Notes: generated from the sequence alone by a model not told the origin. DNA of 28,009 nt from Deinococcales bacterium (GCA_043778225.1 JAYWGM010000039.1:1-28009); one strand, 5' to 3'; counted from the first letter of the stretch, positions 9,315 through 18,507 are shown. Translations and numbers: made by a program.

Positions 9315-9597
9315 TCATGGGCTAACCTCGAGTGTTCCCATCATGCCGCGATCCTCGTGTTCGACCACATGGCAATGGAAAACCGTTAATCCTGTAAAAT
9401 CACGTAAAGGCACAGCAAAATATTTTACTGCCAATACTGATATTTGTGGCGGTAGCTTCAAGTTTCCATTCGAGTGCGGAAATGGCTGTGGTTTGGGCAA
9501 AGGCACTGGCTCGAGCGCCAAGCAACCATGCCAAAGCCGTTTCGCCAACGGCTATTCCACCGATTCGTAAAATATCCCTGCGGTTTAATTTGTTCAT
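9315..9597 (-). pseudogene. Multicopper oxidase (laccase/CueO-like) remnant with large internal deletion and frameshift
   Basis: Frame 1 from ATG 9597 gives a Tat signal (NRRDIL) and LEWKLEATATNISIG. Another frame gives VPLRDFTGLTVFHCHVVEHEDRGMMGTLEV, the C-terminal T1/T3 copper motif. Total length is only 283 bp. Confidence 0.85.
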
Positions 9598-10586
9598 GAT
9601 TTCTCGATTTTTCGGGTCAGTCTCAGAATTGCTGTTTGTATTTCGCTCGAGCGAGGGTCTTCTTTGTAGGCAGCTTGCCATGCAGCCAAGGCTTTTTTGT
9701 ACTGCCCAACTTGCTCGAGGGCGCGGGCATAGTAGGTGTTGATTTCTCGGCTGTTGGGATAGCCCTTTAAGGCACTTGCTGCCACTCGAATCGTTTGCTT
9801 ATACATTCCAGCCCGATTCCAAGCATCGAAGGCATCGTGTTGATACCAGTATTGCTTAGCCGCCAAACCCAGTTTATGGGCTTGGCTAAAGGCATTGGCG
9901 GATGATTTCAGCACACCTTGATACAAATGTGCCTGTCCAAGACCCCACCATGCAGAAGAATCGCTGGGCGCACTTTTTAGGCGCAATCTCGAGTTCTGCT
10001 CGAGTTGCTTTAAGTTAAGTTGTCTGTTCCAGTTCTTGCCAAGAATTTCTTGTAACGCAGCCCCTTGCTCTGGGCGGTAGGCAATTAAATACTCGCCATT
10101 GTACGCCTTAGAAACAATCGCAAATTCGCGGTTTGTCAGGCGAAACTTCGCCCCAAACATCGAATCGCCAAAAAGAATCGAACTTGCATCAAAACCATAC
10201 GCCACCCGAAAATGTCCAATGTCGCTGTTGATTTTTTGTTGCTGGTGCAAAATAACAAAGAAATTAGCTTTGACCAAGCGACGCACCAAATCTGGAGTTG
10301 CCAACCAGCGCCGAATGGTTTGCAGTCCATTGGCTTGTAAATAACTGGCTAATTCTGGCGTGGTCACATTGCGATCTGGATAACTGCCTTTAAGCGCCGC
10401 CGCCGCCTCGGCTTGTGAAACCTTGATGCCAGCCAGCGACAGTGCCATTTTAGCGGTCACAGGTCCACAATTGTTTAAGCGTTGAAATTCAAACCCAAGC
10501 ACTGCGGGAAGCACATACTTTGATTGGGCGTTAGCCACACCAAAACCAATGCCTAAAATGAGAATGCCAAATTTGATTACTTTCAT
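9594..10586 (-). CDS. Exported C39-like cysteine peptidase with C-terminal TPR repeats
   Basis: Signal peptide; QRLNNCGP (Cys), GHFRV (His) and GDS (Asp) motifs; TPR-like helices (AWWGLGQAHLYQG, YYARALEQVG). Confidence 0.8.
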   Translation of the reverse strand: MKVIKFGILILGIGFGVANAQSKYVLPAVLGFEFQRLNNCGPVTAKMALSLAGIKVSQAEAAAALKGSYPDRNVTTPELASYLQANGLQTIRRWLATPDLVRRLVKANFFVILHQQQKINSDIGHFRVAYGFDASSILFGDSMFGAKFRLTNREFAIVSKAYNGEYLIAYRPEQGAALQEILGKNWNRQLNLKQLEQNSRLRLKSAPSDSSAWWGLGQAHLYQGVLKSSANAFSQAHKLGLAAKQYWYQHDAFDAWNRAGMYKQTIRVAASALKGYPNSREINTYYARALEQVGQYKKALAAWQAAYKEDPRSSEIQTAILRLTRKIEKS

Positions 10587-10648
10587 GCCAGACCTCGATA
10601 TGATGAATTTATTTATTTTGCCTCAAACATTTGAGGAATTTTTATAAC

Positions 10649-10677
10649 AAAAGCCTCTTGATGCTCGAGAGGCTTTT
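10649..10677. terminator. Intrinsic terminator downstream of the DUF305 gene (bidirectional form)
   Basis: AAAAGCCTCTTGA-TGC-TCGAGAGGCTTTT. Confidence 0.75.
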
Positions 10678-10686
10678 AACTCGAGC

Positions 10687-11304
10687 CTAGATATTCTTGG
10701 TTTTTAACCAGCCTTCGTACTGTTTAATTTCTTTGCTTTGGTCGTTGACCACAGCCTGACCAAATTTCTTGAGTTCTGGGCGCAGGGCGCGTTTGGTCGC
10801 ATCTTTACCCATGGCTACGGCGTGTTGATGGTGTGGAATCATGCCCTCGAGAAAACTGCGGTCTATGGGCATTGCCATACCAGCCATTGGCTGCATACCA
10901 CCCATCGAAGCGTCCATCATTGGTTTCATATCGGCTTTCATCAGTGCCATTTGCTTTGGGTCTGGCGTGGCTTTGTACCAATTTTTAAGCCATGTTTTCA
11001 TTTGCAGGATTTCTTTGTCTTGGGCGTTGATGATTTTTTGTGCGGCGGCTTTGACCTCTTTATCCAAACAATTCTTGACGCACATTTGCGACATTTCGAC
11101 TGCCCCACGGTGATGCTCAATCATCTGTGAAAGCCATGCGATGTCATAGCTTTTGCCACTCAGTTTAGCAAGGGCTCTCGCGCCAGAATCGCCCATGTTG
11201 CCCATCTTCATATCGCCCATGTTCATCTGTGCCACGGCTGGAACAGTCAGTGCGGCTAAACCAAGTGTGCCAATAAAACCCAATGCCAATAAAAACTTTT
11301 TCAT
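10687..11304 (-). CDS. DUF305 (CopM-like) exported Met/His-rich copper-binding protein
   Basis: Signal peptide; two MIxHH..AV.M repeats with Q..EI; very Met-rich. Confidence 0.92.
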   Translation of the reverse strand: MKKFLLALGFIGTLGLAALTVPAVAQMNMGDMKMGNMGDSGARALAKLSGKSYDIAWLSQMIEHHRGAVEMSQMCVKNCLDKEVKAAAQKIINAQDKEILQMKTWLKNWYKATPDPKQMALMKADMKPMMDASMGGMQPMAGMAMPIDRSFLEGMIPHHQHAVAMGKDATKRALRPELKKFGQAVVNDQSKEIKQYEGWLKTKNI

Positions 11305-11338
11305 ATGTATGACCTCAAGCCATAAGCTATCAAGCCAG

Positions 11339-11411
11339 TGTTGAGTTTTGATAAAGCCTGTTTATGACCTGTGGTACAAGGTTTTCTAGCCTATGTGAAT
11401 TTTGTGTAAAG
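11339..11411. promoter_or_regulatory. Candidate OmpR-type tandem binding boxes between the divergent DUF305 and response regulator genes
   Basis: Two similar 18-mers, TGTTGAGTTTTGATAAAG (11339-11356) and TGTGAATTTTGTGTAAAG (11394-11411), with half-sites 11 bp apart. Confidence 0.4.
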
Positions 11412-11437
11412 CACTCTTTGATGGTTTACAATGCCCT

Positions 11438-12121
11438 GTGGCAACGATTCTGGTGATTGACGATGAACCCAATGTGCGTGATATTGCCCGTGGCTACCTC
11501 GAGCGTGAAGGTTTTTTGGTCAAGACTGCCAGTTCTGGTTTGGACGGTTTACAGCAAATTCTCGAGTCTGCTCCGCAACTGGTGGTGCTTGACTTGATGT
11601 TGCCAGAACTCAATGGACTCGAGATTCTTAAACGCCTTCGCCCACAAAATAAAACACCGGTGCTGCTGCTGACGGCTCGAGGTGAAGAATTCGATCGGGT
11701 GCTGGGTTTAGAACTTGGCGCAGATGATTACCTGACTAAACCTTTTAGCCCTCGAGAATTGGTGGCTCGAGTCAAAGCAATTTTGCGCCGAACCAATACG
11801 CCAAGTACCAGTCAAGCCTTGCAGCACGGTAATTTACGCCTAGACCCACAAACCCGCGAGGTCTTTATAGCAGAAAATACAGTCACCTTGAGCGCCCTCG
11901 AGTTCGACTTGCTGCATACTTTGTTGTTACAGCCAATGCGGGTTTTTAGTCGTAACGAACTGATAAACGCTGTTTGGGGAAGTGATTTTCCCGGGGTAGA
12001 CCGTGTGGTGGATGTGCATATTTCAAGTCTAAGACGCAAGCTCGGCGACGACCCCGAACACCCGCGTTACCTTGCTACGGTGCGTGGCGTTGGCTACCGT
12101 CTGCTCGAGGCTCGGACATGA
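11438..12121 (+). CDS. OmpR-family response regulator (CopR-like by context)
   Basis: DD, LDLMLP, KPFSPREL and TVRGVGY motifs. Start moved to GTG 11438, 5 nt after TACAAT. Confidence 0.95.
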   Translation: MATILVIDDEPNVRDIARGYLEREGFLVKTASSGLDGLQQILESAPQLVVLDLMLPELNGLEILKRLRPQNKTPVLLLTARGEEFDRVLGLELGADDYLTKPFSPRELVARVKAILRRTNTPSTSQALQHGNLRLDPQTREVFIAENTVTLSALEFDLLHTLLLQPMRVFSRNELINAVWGSDFPGVDRVVDVHISSLRRKLGDDPEHPRYLATVRGVGYRLLEART

Positions 12122-13236
12122 ATAGCTTAGGGTTACGCAGCAAAATTCTGGCGGCTTTTTTAGTGGTGGTGGTTGCGGCAGGCGTGGTCTTGGTGATTAT
12201 TCTCGAGTTGACTGCGCCAAATTTTTATCGCACCCATGCCCAAGAAATGACCCGCACCATGGGCAGCGATGCCATGACCCCAGCCGAAGCCCACGCCTTA
12301 CAACACGACCTCGAGCGTGGGTTTAATCAAGCCCTGACCCAATCGCTTTTGCTGGCAGCCCTGATTACCATTCCACTGGCGGTTTTGGTCAGTGCTTTTG
12401 TCTCGCGGCGAATTGTTGCCCCGATTTTGGGGGTTTCAAAAGCCTCTGCCCGAATTGCGGCGGGTGGGTATCATGAACGCCTGCCACAAGTCAGCAGCGA
12501 TGAACTTGGTCATCTGACCGAGAACTTTAACCTAATGGCGGCGGCACTCGAGCAAATCGAAACCCGCCGCATCGAACTGATCGGCACAGTTGCCCATGAA
12601 CTTCGCACCCCATTGTCTGGTTTGCGTGGCTACAGCGAAGGGATGCTCGATGGGGTTTTTAGCATTCAACACGCTGCGCCACGGATTGGTCTGGAAGTCA
12701 GACGGCTCGAGCGACTGCTGGACGACCTCAGCCACCTCAGTCAAATCGAAAGTAAGGTGCTTCAAATCCGAATGCAGCCTGTGCGACTCGACCAGATTGC
12801 CAGCGATTTACAAACCCAACTCGAGCCTCTGTTCAAACAAAAAAATTTGGTTTTGCGCCTCGAAACCACTCCAACCAGTATTTTAGCCGATGCTGACCGA
12901 CTGCTGCAAATTGGGCATAATTTATTGTCCAATGCCTTGCGCCACACCACACTTGGCAGTGTGACCTTGCGTGTTTGCCAAGAGCGCGGTTTTGCTGTTC
13001 TCGAGGTCGCGGATACAGGCGAAGGGATTTCTACAGCCGATTTACCTCGTGTTTTCGAGCGTTTCTACCGAGCCAATAAAGCCCGTTCTCGAGATGACGA
13101 CAGCGTTGGTGCTGGGGTTGGCTTGACCATTGTCAAGCATTTGACTGAAGCCATGAAAGGCACAATCTCGGTTCAAAGCCAGCCGCAGCACGGCACAATT
13201 TTTCGGGTTCAGTGGTTGGCAATCCCCCTCGAGTAA
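12118..13236 (+). CDS. HAMP-domain sensor histidine kinase (CopS/BaeS-like)
   Basis: Two TM helices around a short His/Met-containing loop, HELRTP, NLLSNA, DTGEG and GAGVGL; ATGA overlap with the regulator. Confidence 0.95.
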   Translation: MNSLGLRSKILAAFLVVVVAAGVVLVIILELTAPNFYRTHAQEMTRTMGSDAMTPAEAHALQHDLERGFNQALTQSLLLAALITIPLAVLVSAFVSRRIVAPILGVSKASARIAAGGYHERLPQVSSDELGHLTENFNLMAAALEQIETRRIELIGTVAHELRTPLSGLRGYSEGMLDGVFSIQHAAPRIGLEVRRLERLLDDLSHLSQIESKVLQIRMQPVRLDQIASDLQTQLEPLFKQKNLVLRLETTPTSILADADRLLQIGHNLLSNALRHTTLGSVTLRVCQERGFAVLEVADTGEGISTADLPRVFERFYRANKARSRDDDSVGAGVGLTIVKHLTEAMKGTISVQSQPQHGTIFRVQWLAIPLE

Positions 13237-13347
13237 GCCCAAAGTGCAACCGCAATAAGGATTAAAATTCTTTGCAGCAATCAGTCTTCACGGTGCTACG
13301 CCGTTTAGCGCTGTCCTCGAGTTTATTTTTGGTGCAAAATACGGTCT

Positions 13348-14070
13348 ATGGCTCTGGAATTTATCCCAACCCTAGAAAAGTTGCTCGAGGTCTATCGTGT
13401 GCCGATTGGACAGGCGCGGTTTGATGCCTATATTGCCGCCACCGTCGGCGGAGCGCAAACAACGGCTGAAATTGCTTTGCCGCCACTGGTCAGTGCCAAC
13501 CCAATGGCAAAAGCACACCTCAATGCTGCTCTCGAGACATGGTTAGCGCTTGGTGTGGATGAGGCGGCTCGAGCCATTCTGCTTGAACTCGAGCCTGCGC
13601 TCAATGTTTCGTTCAAAGTTGGTTTAACACTGCTTGATGACCTTAGGGGTGGTTGGACAAATCGCTACTTAAACGATTGGGATTTTCGTTTTCCAAAAAA
13701 AATGAGTACCAACTGGATTGTTGTGCCGCTTTGGGTCTCTGAATTTGCGAGTCTCGAAGGCTTACGTGTTGCCATTCGTGGGGCAGTGACTCGAGTTATT
13801 TGGCAGTCGCAGCATGGCTTACCCAAGACCCTGCTCGAGATGATGCAGCAAGAAGGGTTTACACAACATTTTGCGGGTGTGCAGCCAAGATTTAGCCCCG
13901 ACGACCTCGAGTACAGCCGTGCCGTGATTGCATCATATCTGCCCAGTTTTGATAAACCTGTGCAGTTTGCTTGTTTGTATGGCGACTTAGCGGCTCGAGA
14001 AGTTGGCTATCCGCCGCTTGGCTTATCGGCTTTTGCGGGTTTTGAAGTGGCGCTTATTGATTATCCCTGA
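13348..14070 (+). CDS. Hypothetical protein
   Basis: 240 aa ORF with protein-like composition filling the gap; no family recognised with confidence. Confidence 0.7.
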   Translation: MALEFIPTLEKLLEVYRVPIGQARFDAYIAATVGGAQTTAEIALPPLVSANPMAKAHLNAALETWLALGVDEAARAILLELEPALNVSFKVGLTLLDDLRGGWTNRYLNDWDFRFPKKMSTNWIVVPLWVSEFASLEGLRVAIRGAVTRVIWQSQHGLPKTLLEMMQQEGFTQHFAGVQPRFSPDDLEYSRAVIASYLPSFDKPVQFACLYGDLAAREVGYPPLGLSAFAGFEVALIDYP

Positions 14071-14678
14071 CGGCAGTCTAAAGAAATTTGATACGAGTTA
14101 TCAGGTTGCAGTTCAAAACGCACAAAACCGCAATTATGAAACCAATCGGTTTGTTCGTATTCTTCGTAAGTCCAATGCAGTAAACGCTTTAGGAAAATCA
14201 TCGCGGTCATGCCGTGGGTGCTAATCAGTACCGTCTGGCTGGTGTTTTCGCGCATCAGCATCTCAAGAAAACTGCTGACCCGATCAAAAACATCTGTCCC
14301 AGCTTCGCCATCTGGCAGCCGGTAAAAAAAGCGGCTGTGGTTATCCAGTCCTTGGCGCATTTTTGTATGCTCGAGTTCGGTGTAATAATTGCCCCAATCT
14401 TGCTCACGAATGCGCGGGTCTTGGCGATGCAAAATCTCGAGGTGGCTAAGTCCTTGACTGAAAAACTGGGTGGTCTGCCGAGCGCGGGTGTAAGGCGAAG
14501 TCCAAATGGCAATTGGTTGGGTAATAAATTCGGATAAGCGCTTTCCTAACTCGAGAGACTGCTGTTCGCCAAGTTCGGACAGGACTATCTTGTGATCTGG
14601 AATGGTGGCTCGGGTGGTTTTGTCGAGGTTAGCGATAGATTCGCCATGACGAATGATGTACAGGGTTTGAGGCTGCAT
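14061..14678 (-). CDS. Histidine phosphatase (phosphoglycerate mutase) family protein
   Basis: RHGES, SPYTRARQT, REQDWG and THG motifs; TATAAT 5 nt before the ATG. Confidence 0.93.
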   Translation of the reverse strand: MQPQTLYIIRHGESIANLDKTTRATIPDHKIVLSELGEQQSLELGKRLSEFITQPIAIWTSPYTRARQTTQFFSQGLSHLEILHRQDPRIREQDWGNYYTELEHTKMRQGLDNHSRFFYRLPDGEAGTDVFDRVSSFLEMLMRENTSQTVLISTHGMTAMIFLKRLLHWTYEEYEQTDWFHNCGFVRFELQPDNSYQISLDCRQG

Positions 14679-14787
14679 GACCGATTATATCTGGACTTGG
14701 GGCTGCTTTTCAAAGATTTATTCTGTAGCTCGAGCCAGTCTAACCTAACGAACGTTTGTAAATAAACTCGAGTTTAATTTGTGGCTC

Positions 14788-14816
14788 TTTGCAAAACCAA
14801 GTCAGCCCCGTATAGT
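14788..14816 (+). promoter_or_regulatory. Sigma70-type promoter of the amino-acid ABC operon
   Basis: TTGCAA-16 bp-TATAGT. Confidence 0.55.
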
Positions 14817-14889
14817 GTGCGCTGACTGCATCAAAACGAGTACATTTGCATATCAAGTGTCTCGAGACGGCGTAGTTACGGAGGTAGGG

Positions 14890-15933
14890 ATGAAACATAA
14901 GAAATTGGTTATCGGAGCATTAGCATTGGCAGGCGTTGCCACAGGTGTCGCCTATTTTGGTATGGGTACTGCCCAAGGCAACACCAGCCGTTTGGACACC
15001 GTTAAAAAACGCGGTAAGGTCATCTGTGGTGTTAATGCCACAACCATCGGCTTTGGCTTTGTGGACTCGAGCGGTAAGTACAGTGGTTTTGATGTGGATT
15101 TCTGCCGTGGCGTGGCGGCGGCTGTCTTTGGCGACTCGAGCAAAGTGGATTTTGTTTCTTTGACCGCCGCAGCCCGTTTTACCGCGATTCAAAGCGGCGA
15201 AGTGGACGTGGTTTTTCGTAACACCACCTGGACTTCAAGCCGCGATGGCGAAGTTGGCGTGGACTTTGGACCAATTAACTTCTACGATGGTCAAGGTGTG
15301 ATGGTCAAAGCCAATGGTGCAGCCAAACGCATCTTGGACTTGGCAGGTGCAACCATCTGCACCAACCAAGGCACAACCACCGAACAAAACATCAACGATT
15401 ATTTTAGACAGCGCAAGCAACAAATTAAAGTTGTGACCTACCAAGACTTTAACCTTGTTATGGCAGCCTTTGACCAAGGTCGTTGCGATGCCGTCACCAC
15501 CGACGCTTCAGCCTTGGCAAGCCGCAAAGCCACCGCCGCCGACCCAACCGATTACCGCATTCTTGGCGAAATTATTTCCAAAGAACCACTTGCGCCGTTT
15601 GTTGCCCAAAACGATTCCAAATGGCTCGATGTCGTTTCTTGGACAGTCTATGCCACGATTTATGCCGAAGAACTCGAGTTAAACAGCCGCAACATTGATG
15701 CCGCTAAAACCAGCGCCGACCCTTCAATCCGCCGTTTCCTTGGACTCGAGGGTACAAGCGGTAAAGGCTTAGGTTTGAGTGCCGACTTTGCTGTAGATGT
15801 GATTAAAGCTGTTGGTAACTACAAAGAAATCTATGACCGCAACCTCGGACCAAAGACCAAACTCAACATCCCACGCCGTCAGAATGCCAACTACGAATCG
15901 GGCGGTTTACTCTACAGCCCACCTTTCCGCTAA
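14890..15933 (+). CDS. aapJ: General L-amino acid ABC transporter substrate-binding protein
   Basis: GFDVDFCR, RFTAIQSGEVD, RNTTWT, ISKEPL, GNY.EIY.RN and GGLLYSPPFR. Start at ATG 14890 with RBS GGAGG. Confidence 0.92.
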   Translation: MKHKKLVIGALALAGVATGVAYFGMGTAQGNTSRLDTVKKRGKVICGVNATTIGFGFVDSSGKYSGFDVDFCRGVAAAVFGDSSKVDFVSLTAAARFTAIQSGEVDVVFRNTTWTSSRDGEVGVDFGPINFYDGQGVMVKANGAAKRILDLAGATICTNQGTTTEQNINDYFRQRKQQIKVVTYQDFNLVMAAFDQGRCDAVTTDASALASRKATAADPTDYRILGEIISKEPLAPFVAQNDSKWLDVVSWTVYATIYAEELELNSRNIDAAKTSADPSIRRFLGLEGTSGKGLGLSADFAVDVIKAVGNYKEIYDRNLGPKTKLNIPRRQNANYESGGLLYSPPFR

Positions 15934-15944
15934 AGACTTACCCT

Positions 15945-15982
15945 CGAGCGCCGACACCTTAAACTGTCGGCGTTCTCGTTTT
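15945..15982 (+). terminator. Hairpin after the SBP gene (partial terminator or mRNA stabiliser)
   Basis: CGCCGACA-CCTTAAAC-TGTCGGCG followed by TTCTCGTTTT. Confidence 0.6.
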
Positions 15983-16061
15983 AGGAAGGTAAAAGTAGAA
16001 ATCTCATTTTTAACCTTTTAGCCCTTTTACCTTTTAACCTTGATTCTTGAGGAGGTTTCTT

Positions 16062-17255
16062 TTGTCAGAGCTTATTGTCAATTCTGAACAGACAGCCGTG
16101 CCGTTTTATCGTGATGTCAAAAAATTAGCCGTGATTGCCCAAGTGGTTTTTTTGCTGTTGGTGGTGGCGGCTGTTCTGGTTTTAATCAACAATGTCAATG
16201 TCGGCTTAAAAAAACAAGACTTGAGTTTTGGCTTTGATTTTTTGACCCAGACAGCTGGGTTTCAAGTTGCCGAAGGCACAGCCTTTGGTCTGCCTTACGA
16301 CTCGAGCAGCGATAATATTATTAAAGTGATTCTGGTTGGGTTGTACAACACCCTCCGCATTGCGATTATTGGCATGGTCTCAGCGACTTTGCTTGGGGTG
16401 CTGGTTGGCATTGGGCGGCTCTCGAGCAACTGGTTGGTCAGCCGTGTGGCACTGGTTTATGTTGAAATTTTACGCAATACCCCGCTTTTGGTGCAACTGG
16501 TGGTTTGGTACTTTATTGTGGTGCTGCAATTGCCACCAATTTCAGAGGTACAACCCGTGGCAGGTGTCTATCTTTCTAATTCAGGGCTGGCATTGCCATG
16601 GATGGTACAAAAACCCGATGCGATCAATTTCTTTCCGTTTACGATTCTGGCAGTCGTGATTGGCTTGGCGGTCTTTACTTTTTTTGTGCAACAGCGCAAT
16701 AAAAGCGGTAAACCCGTGCCGGCTGGGCAATTTGGGCTTGCCACATGGGTGCTGGTGCTGCTGCTGAGTTTTTTTGCCCTCGGGCAACCGCTCGAGTATG
16801 GTGTGCCAATTCGCGGTAACTTTGGAGTCAACGGCGGACTAACCATCTCGCCAGAATTCACGGCTTTGCTGGTTGGCTTGGTTGTGTATACCAGTTCATT
16901 TATTGCTGAAATCACTCGAGCAGGTATTCAGAGCGTCCATAAAGGGCAATGGGAAGCGGCTCGAGCTTTGGGGTTGGGCTACTCCGAAACCCTGCAACTG
17001 ATTATCCTGCCACAAGCCTTGCGGGTGATGATTCCGCCGCTTGGCAATCAATACCTCAATTTAACCAAAAACTCGAGCCTAGCCGTGGCAATTGGTTACT
17101 CGGATGTGCTAAACGTGCTGAATACCTCTGGCAACCAAAGCGGACAGAATCTGCAAACGATGGTCATCGCGGGTGGTATTTATTTGGTCTTATCCTTGAC
17201 CATTGCCACGATTGTCAACACCTACAACCGCGCCACCAAACTCAAAACGAGGTAA
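16062..17255 (+). CDS. aapQ: Amino-acid ABC permease
   Basis: RNTPLLVQL, EAA loop (GQWEAARALG), YLNLTKNSSLA. TTG start after GAGGAGG. Confidence 0.92.
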   Translation: MSELIVNSEQTAVPFYRDVKKLAVIAQVVFLLLVVAAVLVLINNVNVGLKKQDLSFGFDFLTQTAGFQVAEGTAFGLPYDSSSDNIIKVILVGLYNTLRIAIIGMVSATLLGVLVGIGRLSSNWLVSRVALVYVEILRNTPLLVQLVVWYFIVVLQLPPISEVQPVAGVYLSNSGLALPWMVQKPDAINFFPFTILAVVIGLAVFTFFVQQRNKSGKPVPAGQFGLATWVLVLLLSFFALGQPLEYGVPIRGNFGVNGGLTISPEFTALLVGLVVYTSSFIAEITRAGIQSVHKGQWEAARALGLGYSETLQLIILPQALRVMIPPLGNQYLNLTKNSSLAVAIGYSDVLNVLNTSGNQSGQNLQTMVIAGGIYLVLSLTIATIVNTYNRATKLKTR

Positions 17256-17258
17256 GCC

Positions 17259-18431
17259 ATGCAAATCACATCCAAAAATCCTGCCAGAGCGCCAGCTTGG
17301 CAAATCTGGGCAAAAGAAAATCTTTTCTCGAGTCCAATCAACAGTGTTTTGACGGTTCTCTCGAGCTTACTGGTTATTTGGGTGGTCTCGAGCTTACTTG
17401 GCTGGGCATTGACCGAAGCTAAGTGGAACGTTATTCCAGCGAACTTTAGAATTTTAATGACGGGTTCATTTCCAACCGAGCAGCTTTGGCGTACTTGGAC
17501 AGCCTTAATTGTGGTTTGTTTGGCTTCTGGTCTGCATTGGGGTTCGCTGGCAAAAGGCGCAAAATTACCCATCTGGACTTATGTTTTTGGGGCAGCGATT
17601 ATTCTTTTTACAGCCATTACCCAAGTCGGACACCCGAGTGGCATTCTTGTACCCGTGGCGGTGCTGGCGGTCTTTGCGGGTTATTTTGTCGGACAAATCG
17701 CTATTCCAAGCCGCATCATGAACATTGCTTGGGTGGTTATTTTCTTTGCCACGGTGCTGCTTTTTACGATCGATTTTGGCACTGGCGCGGTGCAGACCAA
17801 AGAATGGGGTGGCTTACTTTTAACCTTAATGCTGAGCATTGTTGGCATTGTGGCGAGCTTCCCACTTGGCATTGCTTTGGCAATCGGGCGCAGCAGCAAC
17901 TACCCAATCATCAGCGCCATCTGTACCGTTTTTATTGAAGTGGTGCGCGGTACGCCGCTTGTGGTGGTGTTTTTTATTGCCCAGTTATTTGTGCCGCTGC
18001 TTTTGGGCGGTGCAAACATCGACCCAGTGGCTCGAGCCATGGTTGGTATCACGATTTTTAGCGCGGCGTATCTAGCCGAAAATGTGCGCGGTGGCTTGCA
18101 AAGTATCCCACCGGGGCAAGTCGAGGCGGCTCGAGCCGTGGGTCTAACCGGTACACAAACACTCCTTTTGATTGTCCTGCCACAAGCCTTAAAAGCCGTG
18201 CTACCCGCTTTGGTTGGGCAGTTTATTGGCTTATTCAAAGACACCAGCCTTGTCTATATTATTGGCTTAAAAGAACTGGCGGGAATTTCGGACACCATCC
18301 GCAGCAACCCCGATTTTGTTGGCACAGCCAAAGAACTTTACTTTACAATCAGTATTATCTACTTTATTTTTAGCTATGCCATGAGCAGCGGCGCACGCAA
18401 CCTCGAGAAGACATTAAACACCAACAGATAG
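17259..18431 (+). CDS. aapM: Amino-acid ABC permease
   Basis: WGGLLLTL, RGTPL, AYLAENVRGGLQ and FKDTSL motifs. Confidence 0.92.
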   Translation: MQITSKNPARAPAWQIWAKENLFSSPINSVLTVLSSLLVIWVVSSLLGWALTEAKWNVIPANFRILMTGSFPTEQLWRTWTALIVVCLASGLHWGSLAKGAKLPIWTYVFGAAIILFTAITQVGHPSGILVPVAVLAVFAGYFVGQIAIPSRIMNIAWVVIFFATVLLFTIDFGTGAVQTKEWGGLLLTLMLSIVGIVASFPLGIALAIGRSSNYPIISAICTVFIEVVRGTPLVVVFFIAQLFVPLLLGGANIDPVARAMVGITIFSAAYLAENVRGGLQSIPPGQVEAARAVGLTGTQTLLLIVLPQALKAVLPALVGQFIGLFKDTSLVYIIGLKELAGISDTIRSNPDFVGTAKELYFTISIIYFIFSYAMSSGARNLEKTLNTNR

Positions 18432-18507
18432 GTAAAAAGTAAAAAAGGTAAAACTTGCCCTTAACATTTAACCTTTTGCCCTTTTCACCCTCTCTTAAAG
18501 GAGACCC

